Below are positions 1 to 8,165 of a DNA stretch of 60,804 nucleotides, in pieces; position 1 is the first letter of the stretch, and every line of letters starts with the position of its first letter. The notes below the pieces were generated by a model. It searched no databases. It had not been told where the DNA came from and worked only from the letters and a program-made list of their open reading frames with translations. The DNA lies in the IMG/VR virus record IMGVR_UViG_3300036760_000364, positions 1 to 60,804 of that record; one strand, written 5' to 3'. The position numbers were made by a program, and so were the translations under genes. Origin of the DNA: a virus (lineage: Duplodnaviria; Caudoviricetes).

Positions 1-492
1 TCCTTTCTTGATTTTTTTGGCTTCTTTCCCTGTTGGAACTTTCTTTGGCATCTCTGACTCCTTTCTTTCTTCAAGCGTTGTTATTAAAGAAAAAATATCC
101 GTCTTTTTACCTTATTATACCCCCCATCCTGTGGTCTTACAGGAGGTGGAAGAGCTTTTTCTTCAACTTCACATCTACCAGGTTTCGGTTTCGATTCTGC
201 CGTTGAGTTTAAAACAGCCTCAATTGCTTTTCCTACCAGTTTTGCACCACAAACCCGCTTTTGGTGAATTAAGTATATACAATACTGTGACAGTACATCA
301 ATACAACGATCATACAGGGTATCCATTTACCTCCTTTCTTCTAGAGCCTTGTTAAATTTCTTCTATTGTTACCGTAACCTTGACAAATTTATCTCCAGGT
401 GTAAGATAATCCTCGTCCTTGACTTGATAAGTTGTCGCCTTGTTGATATCCTTGATGTATTTTCCATGATCGGCATCAAAGTACGAGCCGCA
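1..492. repeat. Terminal direct repeat, copy A (circular assembly overlap)
   Basis: Matches 60332-60804; identical at both ends, divergent in the middle. Confidence 0.95.
84..326 (-). CDS. Hypothetical protein (allele A)
   Basis: AAGGAGG RBS; near-identical allele at 60438-60638. Confidence 0.75.
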   Translation of the reverse strand: MDTLYDRCIDVLSQYCIYLIHQKRVCGAKLVGKAIEAVLNSTAESKPKPGRCEVEEKALPPPVRPQDGGYNKVKRRIFFL

Positions 493-537
493 TTTCTTGT
501 GAGTCTTGTCGCATTGCTTAATCACATACGATGGCAT
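352..537 (-). CDS. Hypothetical protein
   Basis: GGAGG RBS; fits the packed minus-strand operon. Confidence 0.75.
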   Translation of the reverse strand: MPSYVIKQCDKTHKKCGSYFDADHGKYIKDINKATTYQVKDEDYLTPGDKFVKVTVTIEEI

Positions 538-609
538 TGTTTCACCTCCCTTGCTGCCAAATTTGCTAGATTCTATTGAGCTCCCTATTCCCTCCTTTCA
601 ATTTATTAT

Positions 610-1413
610 TTACTGTACTGCCGCTGCTGTCTTCACCTGTTTCTCAGCCCATTTATGAATCTTCTCAAACACAGCCCCAAAGTCCTGTGGCTCATATTGA
701 TTCAGAGCATCCCCAAAAACATGTCCTGCATACAACCTCCCGGTGTTCTGAGTCAACCATACATATTCACTTGGTTGATTCGCTTTCATCTGGCGTGTTC
801 CACTCCTAAAAGCGCACTGAAACATTCCCCCGAGGGCAGTCTTGAGATTCCCCACTACATCCGGCAACATCATCTTGAGTTGGGCTGACTCATTCTCAAC
901 GGTACGTTCGTGGCAATTCAGGATTAAGGTACACGGGAGACTTTTCAACCTCGCAATGAAGTATTGGAAAGAATATCTCTGTGTAGTGAAATCGTTATTT
1001 CCCATGTCTCCGACCTGGGGGATCGTTCCGGGTTTTCCATGCAAGAATAAAACCTGGTTCATAATAAGCTTGAGTAACTCAGTTGTACTGTCAAGAGCAA
1101 TCCAATCAATTTTCCATTCGGGGGTCTTTGTGTCTGAGAACCATACATAACCGGACTTTTTGGTGTTTACAATCATCTGCTCAACTGTATTCTGAGCCTG
1201 CCTGAAAGCAAGAGGAGCTTTGATGTCGATGTCGGTATAGGTGTCGATCATGATGTTACTGCAACCCGTAAGAGGTTGTACCTTGCCATCAAAATCAAAC
1301 ACATATCCCTGTCCAGGAAGTGTACGAAGGGCGGTGGTTTTACCCGTGAAGGGAGCTCCCAGCACTAAAACCTTGATGTTTTGAGTCACTTCGATATCAA
1401 CGGCACTTTTCAT
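610..1413 (-). CDS. AAA_24 / Sak4-like P-loop ATPase (recombinase)
   Basis: Walker A GAPFTGKT, FDFDG, Walker B IALDSTT, LNCHE motif; near a PD-(D/E)XK nuclease and (across the junction) an SSB-like gene. Confidence 0.8.
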   Translation of the reverse strand: MKSAVDIEVTQNIKVLVLGAPFTGKTTALRTLPGQGYVFDFDGKVQPLTGCSNIMIDTYTDIDIKAPLAFRQAQNTVEQMIVNTKKSGYVWFSDTKTPEWKIDWIALDSTTELLKLIMNQVLFLHGKPGTIPQVGDMGNNDFTTQRYSFQYFIARLKSLPCTLILNCHERTVENESAQLKMMLPDVVGNLKTALGGMFQCAFRSGTRQMKANQPSEYVWLTQNTGRLYAGHVFGDALNQYEPQDFGAVFEKIHKWAEKQVKTAAAVQ

Positions 1414-2155
1414 GTATGCCTTCCTCCGTTTTTGTAAGAGGGTCTAATAATCCCTTGACACCATGCAGGTTAGCCCCACTTAGGTAAGCATCATATAGGT
1501 TGGCCTGATGCAGATTAGCATTGCTCAGGTCTGCTCCACACAGATCGGCTTTGTTTAAGTCGGCCTTGCTTAGATTGGCATTGCTCAGATTAGCATTGCT
1601 CAAGTCAGCATCACACAAATCGACCCTACTCAAGTCAGCATTGCGCAGGTTAGCATTGCTCAAACTAACATTACTCAAGTCGGCATCACTTAAATTAGCA
1701 TCACTCAAGTCAGCATTGCTCAAATCGGCCTTCCACAAGCCGGCCCCACTCAAATCAGCCCTACTTAAATTAGCATTATTCAGGTCGGCCTGGTACAAAT
1801 TAGCTTCGTTCAAATTGGCCCCACATAGATCAACCTTGCTCAGATTAGTATTACTCAGGTCTGCATTGCTCAGATTAGCTACATTCAGATTAGCATCATG
1901 CAAGTCAGCATTACTCAGATCGGCCTTACTCAGATTAGCCCCACGTAGGCAAACATTACGCAGATTAGCCCTGTGCAAGTTAGCGGCGTGGAGATAGGCA
2001 TTACGCAGGGAGGCATTAGCCAGGTCAGCCTCACGCAAATTAACATCGTGTAGGTCGGCCCAGTCCAGGTTAGCCCCACGCAAATCAGCACGTTTCCCTC
2101 CTGGGCTGTTATTGAGCCAAGCTTCATGCCGGGCAAGCACGTCTTTTGTGTTCAT
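1397..2155 (-). CDS. Pentapeptide-repeat protein
   Basis: About 40 A(D/N)Lxx repeats; N-terminus MNTKDVLARHEAWL with GGAGG RBS (ORF is open to 2218). Confidence 0.93.
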   Translation of the reverse strand: MNTKDVLARHEAWLNNSPGGKRADLRGANLDWADLHDVNLREADLANASLRNAYLHAANLHRANLRNVCLRGANLSKADLSNADLHDANLNVANLSNADLSNTNLSKVDLCGANLNEANLYQADLNNANLSRADLSGAGLWKADLSNADLSDANLSDADLSNVSLSNANLRNADLSRVDLCDADLSNANLSNANLSKADLNKADLCGADLSNANLHQANLYDAYLSGANLHGVKGLLDPLTKTEEGIHEKCR

Positions 2156-2214
2156 TTCTCCTCCATCTCTTCTGAACTTTAGCCTCCCTTCATTTATCGT
2201 CATCAGCATTGCCT

Positions 2215-2457
2215 TCACTCCCTCCTCTTCATTGGTAACTTACCTTCAGGATCCAAAGACAGGCCAAAATCGGGATTTATACTGTGATATAACCCAATTT
2301 CTCCATTAGGATATATACTCAACAAGCTCCCTAAAGGTAGTCGATCTCCATTTATATCGACTGCTTCTAAGTCAATGTGATTTTTGTATTCTATCAACCT
2401 TAAATACACGTCTTGTTCTTTAGATTTACTAAACCCACCAAAAATACCTTTTATCAC
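2215..2457 (-). CDS. Hypothetical protein
   Basis: Start/stop overlaps with neighbours; RBS. Confidence 0.7.
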   Translation of the reverse strand: MIKGIFGGFSKSKEQDVYLRLIEYKNHIDLEAVDINGDRLPLGSLLSIYPNGEIGLYHSINPDFGLSLDPEGKLPMKRRE

Positions 2458-2624
2458 TTTACTTCACCTCCCCCTTTCTTGCCGATCTCATCTACCGCAT
2501 GGTAGGCCTTCTGATTCACACATACCTGATATCCCTTATCCCACTGCACAATCCCATACAGGACAGCGTTGAGCAATAACGACAACACAAGGGCGAAAAT
2601 TAACAGAATAATTGAGGGTTTCAT
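2454..2624 (-). CDS. Small membrane protein
   Basis: ATGA-coupled start MKPSIILLIF; hydrophobic helix. Confidence 0.65.
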   Translation of the reverse strand: MKPSIILLIFALVLSLLLNAVLYGIVQWDKGYQVCVNQKAYHAVDEIGKKGGGEVK

Positions 2625-3478
2625 GCTTTCTTCTTCATTACCTCCTTCCACGGTTCCCACACCCTTACAAAGTAATCCCCACTCTGTTTTGCATAAGCCA
2701 GTGTCTCCTCAAGACTTTGATACGGTACTTCACATAAGGGTTTATACGGGCATGCCGAATTGAATGCCGTACATTCATTAGTGAACATGAGCCACTCATT
2801 TGATTCCCGTGCTTGACGAATCCCTTTCACGGAGGCCCTAACCCACTTCTTCCATTCGTCTATTTCCCATTCCCCTCGTGTAGTCAAAAATCTCGTGTAT
2901 TCCGTACGCCAGCCCGACTTGAGCTTCTTCCCTACGTGAATCGCATCTACAACGAGGCCCCAGGCATTCTCGTAAAGTTCTCTCAACAGGTAAATATACC
3001 CGGTATATTGATGCTTTGGCTGTACGGTTTTACCATAGTTACTCAGATACAATGAAGTAGTTTTATGGTCAAGGGCGGTTATGCCATATGCCCAGTTTAC
3101 CACTTTATCAAGCAGCCCAAAAAACTCGAAGTCCCCAAAGTCAACAAGCAATCCTTTCTCAACGCCAAGGACTTCAGTGAAAGGAGAAATACTGCCGTTG
3201 TATTCTTTGTAATAACCTCGAATTATGGCCTCGGCATTTTCAAGAGTGCGTTTCTCTTCATCGAGATCAGTCGGCACGAGGGACTTGAAAGCCGCAATAG
3301 CCTCATCAACTGTTCCGCCGGTGAAAAACACGTCTCCTGCCCGATGGATTCCCCTGCCAAATGTCGGAGCCGCCTGGGACTTCGGACTTACAAGCTGGTG
3401 CTCATATTCGAAGAAATATTTCCGTGGGCACTGCTCAAGGAAGCAGGCTAACATGGAGTTGTCGTAGCGTTCGGTCAT
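2621..3478 (-). CDS. PD-(D/E)XK (Cas4/RecB-like) exonuclease
   Basis: CPRKYFF, FGRGIH, GLLDKV, DHKTT, QYTGY, C-terminal C..C..C cluster; start placed at MTERY (ORF is open to 3583). Confidence 0.88.
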   Translation of the reverse strand: MTERYDNSMLACFLEQCPRKYFFEYEHQLVSPKSQAAPTFGRGIHRAGDVFFTGGTVDEAIAAFKSLVPTDLDEEKRTLENAEAIIRGYYKEYNGSISPFTEVLGVEKGLLVDFGDFEFFGLLDKVVNWAYGITALDHKTTSLYLSNYGKTVQPKHQYTGYIYLLRELYENAWGLVVDAIHVGKKLKSGWRTEYTRFLTTRGEWEIDEWKKWVRASVKGIRQARESNEWLMFTNECTAFNSACPYKPLCEVPYQSLEETLAYAKQSGDYFVRVWEPWKEVMKKKA

Positions 3479-3503
3479 CTGGCCAAAATCTCCTTTGCCT
3501 CTC

Positions 3504-3728
3504 TCAATTTTCTGTCCTCCGGGGGCTGAATACCTTATCAAACGCCTCAAACATTTGTTTTCGATCCTTGGCATAAAATTCATTTACAACAGGCGATGTG
3601 CAATCATCTTGAGAACTTCTTATCGATTGGTGTAAATAATGCCACATTACGACTGCCTCGAAATACGATTCAAGGGTTATCGCAATCGGCTGGAACGTCT
3701 GTGGTGGTAAATTTAGTCTTACTTTCAT
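3504..3728 (-). CDS. Hypothetical protein
   Basis: GGAGG RBS; coupled to upstream gene. Confidence 0.65.
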   Translation of the reverse strand: MKVRLNLPPQTFQPIAITLESYFEAVVMWHYLHQSIRSSQDDCTSPVVNEFYAKDRKQMFEAFDKVFSPRRTEN

Positions 3729-3964
3729 TTTGTCACCTCCTCTCCAAAATCACATTGAGTTTGAAGTATTTGAAGTACATACTCTGCTCTTTCTCGTGTA
3801 CCTCTACAATTAGTAAGAAAGTACGATGAACCCATCTCCCAAAAACGGGATGAATCGACAAGGTCTTGAAATTCATAGCAGCGTTTAAAGTGAACACCTC
3901 TAATTAAAACCTCTCTTCTTACGCCATATTTGCCATCCCTGAATTTAACTAAGACAGCTTTCAT
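3725..3964 (-). CDS. Hypothetical protein
   Basis: AAGGAG RBS; coupled stop/start. Confidence 0.7.
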   Translation of the reverse strand: MKAVLVKFRDGKYGVRREVLIRGVHFKRCYEFQDLVDSSRFWEMGSSYFLTNCRGTRERAEYVLQILQTQCDFGEEVTK

Positions 3965-4071
3965 AAGAGCTCCTTTCTCTGCTTAATATCTAATCTGGTA
4001 TCTAATTTATCTAACGTGTTATCTAATTTTTCTGCACCCGGAACCTGTCTTCAATTTCAATGCACCGTGCA

Positions 4072-4272
4072 TTATGCGTCCCGCTTTTTTGGCACTTTTA
4101 TCTTTTTAACCTTCTGGTATAATGCTCTTAATGCCCCGAGATCATTATAAATAGTGCCCTTTCTATCCACAACATACTTTCTCTCGTCTTGATAGGTTGC
4201 AACAACCCTGTGTAACCGATTAAATTCCTCTCTGGCAGCCCGCCGAAGCGCTCTGGCACGTTTACCTTTCAT
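4072..4272 (-). CDS. Small basic hypothetical protein
   Basis: MKGKRARALRRAA N-terminus of a type seen in small phage proteins. Confidence 0.65.
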   Translation of the reverse strand: MKGKRARALRRAAREEFNRLHRVVATYQDERKYVVDRKGTIYNDLGALRALYQKVKKIKVPKKRDA

Positions 4273-4393
4273 TTAAGTTATGTTTATCTTTCATTTAAGT
4301 TTTCCCCTAGTGACCCAAGCCATTGCTATACAGAAAGACTATGGCCCTCAAACAACTGAAACAAAGCAAAATAAAGGCAATGAACAAAGGAAC

Positions 4394-4486
4394 ATCTAAC
4401 AACCGCATCGAAGCGACACGGTATAAACCCATTTTCTTTTTCATTTTAGTTTCCTTGCCCTGTGCGCCTCATTTGCTGCGTTGTGC
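4394..4486 (+). mobile_element. Integron attC-like recombination site (93 bp)
   Basis: R'' ATCTAAC, 5-nt spacer, L'' CATCGAAG ... L' CCTCATT, 6-nt spacer, R' GTTGTGC; arms pair with two extrahelical bases. Confidence 0.72.
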
Positions 4487-4575
4487 ATAAATAATAAAAA
4501 ATAAATTGAAATCCATAACGGCATTAAACCCAATGCGAATAGCCAAAATAGAAGGAAAACTTGATCAATTGACAT
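4441..4575 (-). CDS. 44-aa membrane peptide overlapping the attC site
   Basis: AAGGA RBS; MSIDQVFLLFWLFALGLMPLWISIYFLLFMHNAANEAHRARKLK. Confidence 0.5.
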   Translation of the reverse strand: MSIDQVFLLFWLFALGLMPLWISIYFLLFMHNAANEAHRARKLK

Positions 4576-4637
4576 AAAAAATCCTTTCTACTGTTATATT
4601 CACCCCCATTGTTCAGCCATTGCCTTTGCGATTTCAA

Positions 4638-4832
4638 TTAGTGTCCTTTTTCCAGATGCGCCGGATGCACCCACGTTGCAAGGTTGGTCGAATCTTGTGG
4701 TGTCATCCACGAGGATTGAGTTGCTTTAAGCATCAACTCATTGATCCCCTCCAGTTTGGCCTGTGTAACCAGCAAGTCAAGCTCAGTTTGGGTCATCATC
4801 AAGTATCCAAGGAGTTTAATCATTCTTTTCAT
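4638..4832 (-). CDS. Hypothetical protein
   Basis: ORF in the early operon. Confidence 0.55.
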   Translation of the reverse strand: MKRMIKLLGYLMMTQTELDLLVTQAKLEGINELMLKATQSSWMTPQDSTNLATWVHPAHLEKGH

Positions 4833-4850
4833 CCTGTGAAACCATACCGA

Positions 4851-5057
4851 TTATAGTTTTAACAGCTTTGCACACTTTGTCAGGCAATCTTCATTAAATT
4901 CAATCGTTGGCTGCAACCTCTCTAAAAGCAAGCAGAGTAAAATATCCTTTAAACCTGCGTTCACAAGCCGTCCATTCGGTAAGCGAACTGCGTATCCAAA
5001 GTCAGCCTTCTTGCTTTCTTCCAGCGAAACATCAAAATTTTTCAATTTAACCTCCAA
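4851..5057 (-). CDS. Hypothetical protein
   Basis: ORF in the early operon. Confidence 0.6.
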   Translation of the reverse strand: MEVKLKNFDVSLEESKKADFGYAVRLPNGRLVNAGLKDILLCLLLERLQPTIEFNEDCLTKCAKLLKL

Positions 5058-5373
5058 GACCCGCTTCCATTAAAAAATTGTCGTATTCAACCAGATAGTT
5101 ATTCCAGAGCATTATCTTTAGTGCCTGTCTGTCGTATTCAACCAGATATTCCAGAACATTATCTTTAGTGAGTTTTACAGGATTATCAGAAGTGCCCAAG
5201 TTTAGTGCCCGTCTGCTGAAAGGATATGATATAGATCGGGAATCCGCCAAAACCGGCAGAAAGGCTGAAACAGGCACAAGCGGCTTTACAGGCATCAGCC
5301 TTTCGATTCTTATAATTGCTGGAGCCGAACAGCACAAAAGAATATCTTTTAAAAATGAACGACGAGAAATCAC
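5047..5373 (-). CDS. Twin-arginine-like N-terminus fused to a capsid-protein-like fragment
   Basis: SRRSFLK motif; NLGTSDNPVKLTKDNVL matches the MCP segment NLGTVASPLTLTKSNVL. Confidence 0.7.
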   Translation of the reverse strand: MISRRSFLKDILLCCSAPAIIRIERLMPVKPLVPVSAFLPVLADSRSISYPFSRRALNLGTSDNPVKLTKDNVLEYLVEYDRQALKIMLWNNYLVEYDNFLMEAGLGG

Positions 5374-5442
5374 GCCTAAAACCTCCTTCGGAATGCCCTT
5401 ATCATAACACCCTCTTCAAGCGATGTCAAATCTGGCCAATCG

Positions 5443-5757
5443 TTATTTTTCAATAACATCCGTATTACCACACATTTTGCAAATTTTTCCTTCAACATGG
5501 TTTTTAATGAAGGGGCAGGGCAGTAACGTCCGACCTGGATTATCAACCCTTCCTGTGATCTGCAACCTGCAGCCATTCTCGCAACTCCACTCTTTTTGAG
5601 AACAGTCCAAACATGGCGGCGGTAAGAATCCAACCCCACGGTATTTTGGCGACCACACTTCATACGTTACAAACAATCGGAAAGCCTGACATTCCAGGCC
5701 CGATACCTCACATACCTTAATCGAGGGGCAATCATCGCAAGGATGGATATCACGCAT
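5443..5757 (-). CDS. Cys-rich hypothetical protein
   Basis: Several CxxC motifs; GGTGG RBS before MRDIHPC. Confidence 0.6.
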   Translation of the reverse strand: MRDIHPCDDCPSIKVCEVSGLECQAFRLFVTYEVWSPKYRGVGFLPPPCLDCSQKEWSCENGCRLQITGRVDNPGRTLLPCPFIKNHVEGKICKMCGNTDVIEK

Positions 5758-5962
5758 ATTCCACCTGTCTTTCCCATGAATCACACACTTTGTCCATATA
5801 CACTGCAGTCTGGAACTTTAAACAAAGTACATCTGGCAATTCCTGAAAAGGTATCAAACCACAATATTGACATGTCCCGCAGCATATGGCATCTTGATAG
5901 TGGTGCGCATTCATATTTCTAAATTGGCTTATGTCCCACGCTCTAAACTTTAATTCTTTCAT
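5750..5962 (-). CDS. Hypothetical protein with YopX-like N-terminus and Cys motifs
   Basis: MKELKFRAWD followed by CCGTCQYC. Confidence 0.6.
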   Translation of the reverse strand: MKELKFRAWDISQFRNMNAHHYQDAICCGTCQYCGLIPFQELPDVLCLKFQTAVYMDKVCDSWERQVEYA

Positions 5963-5966
5963 TTTT

Positions 5967-6152
5967 TTAGTCCTTAACCTCTAAGTCAACCGGTCGGTCA
6001 TCTATAAAATCCTCAAGCATCCCATTGTCATTCTCATCCTGAGTCCACAAAATAAGACGATGAGGTAAATTAATCGACACATAAATATTATCCAACCGCC
6101 AGTCTCCTTGTTCGAGTATTTCTCCTGTGGGTTTATAGCGAATTTCAATCAT
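5967..6152 (-). CDS. Hypothetical protein
   Basis: ATGA-coupled ORF. Confidence 0.6.
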   Translation of the reverse strand: MIEIRYKPTGEILEQGDWRLDNIYVSINLPHRLILWTQDENDNGMLEDFIDDRPVDLEVKD

Positions 6153-6556
6153 TTGGAAAACGCCTTTTGGCGTATCTCGGGATTTTCGTAAATGTTGCCG
6201 ATAACCTTTATATTATCATCAAGACCTGTAAAATCATATTTACCCTTGTGGAGAAAACGAAATGCTCCCCTTTCAAATCTAACCTCGCAGTTTATTTTTT
6301 CATTTATAGAAACAATATCTCCCTCCCAAATCTCCCTCCGAAACCGGTCAGTCAACCCGGTGAATTGCATAAGATCGCATTCCGAAGGATCAATCGACTG
6401 TCTGTTATCTCCATAAAAGTCTCTTTTATACTCCTCTCCTACTGGTAGCATACCAATGTATCCTTGTCCTATCCCATATTTCATTCCCCATCTGACATCA
6501 AACCACCACATAGACTTTGTAACTCTGTTCCACGCCCGAAACGTTAATTCTCTCAT
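6149..6556 (-). CDS. YopX-family protein
   Basis: FRAW, LMQFTGLTD, EIWEGDIV, KVIGNIYENPE. Confidence 0.92.
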   Translation of the reverse strand: MRELTFRAWNRVTKSMWWFDVRWGMKYGIGQGYIGMLPVGEEYKRDFYGDNRQSIDPSECDLMQFTGLTDRFRREIWEGDIVSINEKINCEVRFERGAFRFLHKGKYDFTGLDDNIKVIGNIYENPEIRQKAFSK

Positions 6557-6577
6557 TTTTAGTCTTTCTCTCCTCAT

Positions 6578-6817
6578 CTAATTATTTTTGGTGTGCATCT
6601 TCCACATCCATTCTCGATGCACCCATTCTCGATGGTCAAGCGTCTGCTCAAGCAGTTCGAGATATCTCTTACAAGCATCACAAAGAAGCGCAACCCCCGG
6701 TTCCATCTCGACATCCTTCCATACGGGAGTCTCCCCAAGCGGATCAATACGGCCCTTGCACCGAGAGCACTGGTAAGTTGATCTCCAGGGCCACAACATA
6801 GCGAGTTCAAGTTTCAT
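6578..6817 (-). CDS. Zn-finger-like hypothetical protein
   Basis: CSRC...CDAC; AAGGAGG RBS. Confidence 0.65.
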   Translation of the reverse strand: MKLELAMLWPWRSTYQCSRCKGRIDPLGETPVWKDVEMEPGVALLCDACKRYLELLEQTLDHREWVHREWMWKMHTKNN

Positions 6818-6851
6818 AGTTAATCAGTCCTCCTTCAAGCCCTGCCTACCA

Positions 6852-7037
6852 TTATTTCTGATTGTCATTACAGCCCTTCTCCTTACGAGTTATAACCCAT
6901 CCATGTCCATTACACAACGGGCAGGCTTCAATCTCTACAAGTTTCCATGAGGGATTCTTACCTAAGAATGCCTCGAACATTGTCCCATCCGCTACACGAA
7001 GTTGAATGATTCCTTTATCATCAATCAGCCCTTTCAT
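6852..7037 (-). CDS. Hypothetical protein
   Basis: CPLCNGHG motif; coupled start. Confidence 0.6.
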   Translation of the reverse strand: MKGLIDDKGIIQLRVADGTMFEAFLGKNPSWKLVEIEACPLCNGHGWVITRKEKGCNDNQK

Positions 7038-7390
7038 TTGGCTTTGCTACCTTTCGCAAAGGGGCACATCCTGTTCAACATACTTTGAGGGCGGATACAT
7101 CTGTATTTTGTTGTCATTCCCCGTTCAAGCTTCCCTTGGCGTATTGCTTCCACCTGTTTATTCCAAAACTCACACACTTCTGGATGATCTGAATTCGGTA
7201 TCGTTACCCAGCATTCTACCACATCCCCAATCTCACATATTCCTAGGGCAGCCTGCAAAGCCACAAACGTCATCCCTTTGTGCATATCCACCAGTACTTG
7301 AATCGGAATTGTCTTCTGCTCGGAAATCCGGTAATCCGTAATAACCCCGTTCAAATCACTAGCATCCGTTGGTTCAATGCGTTTTCTCAT
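7034..7390 (-). CDS. Hypothetical protein
   Basis: AAGGAG RBS. Confidence 0.7.
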   Translation of the reverse strand: MRKRIEPTDASDLNGVITDYRISEQKTIPIQVLVDMHKGMTFVALQAALGICEIGDVVECWVTIPNSDHPEVCEFWNKQVEAIRQGKLERGMTTKYRCIRPQSMLNRMCPFAKGSKAK

Positions 7391-7418
7391 TTTTTAGTTC
7401 TCCTTTTTTTGCACATTC

Positions 7419-7889
7419 CTATCTCCATACCTTGTTAGCCAGTACTTTTTTCATTTTGCACATCCCCATCTCCACACCCTGACTGAAAAGTACTCCCAGA
7501 GTTCCATCGATTTTATCGATGTTCTTCTCAGGGATATCCAGTAGCACCCGAATGGTTTCTTTTGCATCCGCAATCAATTTCTGACGATTATCATCCAATT
7601 TCTGACGATTATCAGACGTTATGGCTTCTTTCGATTCATCCATTTCAGGCGTATTTCTTCTGGCCAGCCATGCCTCAACGCTTTCTGGGCTGCCATGACA
7701 TATCGATGGCACATTATCGTAGACATACGCACATATATCAAGAAAGTCTTGCCGATTCTCATAATCTGCCCGTCCTATTGCACCCATCAAATCATTTGAC
7801 AAAACCGCCTTGAGGAAACCTCCTGGGGAGATATGATAAGTAACATATCTGTCAAGTGCATCTTTGATATCTTCTCTCATTTCTATCAT
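7419..7889 (-). CDS. Conserved phage hypothetical protein
   Basis: LDRYV...PGGFLKAVLSNDL...AIGRAD pattern recalled from phage proteins; 21-bp tandem duplication (DNRQKL x2). Confidence 0.75.
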   Translation of the reverse strand: MIEMREDIKDALDRYVTYHISPGGFLKAVLSNDLMGAIGRADYENRQDFLDICAYVYDNVPSICHGSPESVEAWLARRNTPEMDESKEAITSDNRQKLDDNRQKLIADAKETIRVLLDIPEKNIDKIDGTLGVLFSQGVEMGMCKMKKVLANKVWR

Positions 7890-8165
7890 CTATTTTCCTT
7901 TTTCTTCTTTCTTTACCTTAATAAACAATATTCTCAACTCCCGTGATAGCCGTGAATGCTTACTCACGGAACTCCTCAACCAGGCATCGCTCCCTGGGCG
8001 ACACTTGCTTTTATGTCGCCAGAGGCCCTGTCCTACATATTGCCCGGCTCCCTTTATGGCCTTTCCGCAGACATAGCAACTCTGCTGACGGTGCTGACGA
8101 TTTTTTACCGATGGCAGCTTCTCTGAATCTTTATTACATCTCATTTTAGTTATTTTCTTTTCCAT
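7890..8165 (-). CDS. Zn-finger-like hypothetical protein
   Basis: CYVC...H...C; true start may be 8144. Confidence 0.6.
   Translation of the reverse strand: MEKKITKMRCNKDSEKLPSVKNRQHRQQSCYVCGKAIKGAGQYVGQGLWRHKSKCRPGSDAWLRSSVSKHSRLSRELRILFIKVKKEEKGK

Noticed and set aside
1-492. Terminal copies as a DGR template/variable repeat pair
   Set aside because: Differences involve all four bases plus an indel, not adenine-only, and no reverse transcriptase is present
610-1413. Phage-encoded sigma54 activator
   Set aside because: No GAFTGA loop or Fis-type HTH; motifs fit AAA_24/Sak4
1521-1997. Plus-strand 158-aa Leu/Ala/Ser repeat ORF
   Set aside because: Antisense shadow of the pentapeptide-repeat gene
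2621-3478. Cas4 as part of a CRISPR system
   Set aside because: No repeat-spacer array or other cas genes seen; the context is a Sak4/SSB recombination module
3985-4030. ATCTAA short repeats as further attC sites or a mini-CRISPR
   Set aside because: Only 6-bp units at 9-12 bp spacing, with no paired L boxes or spacers
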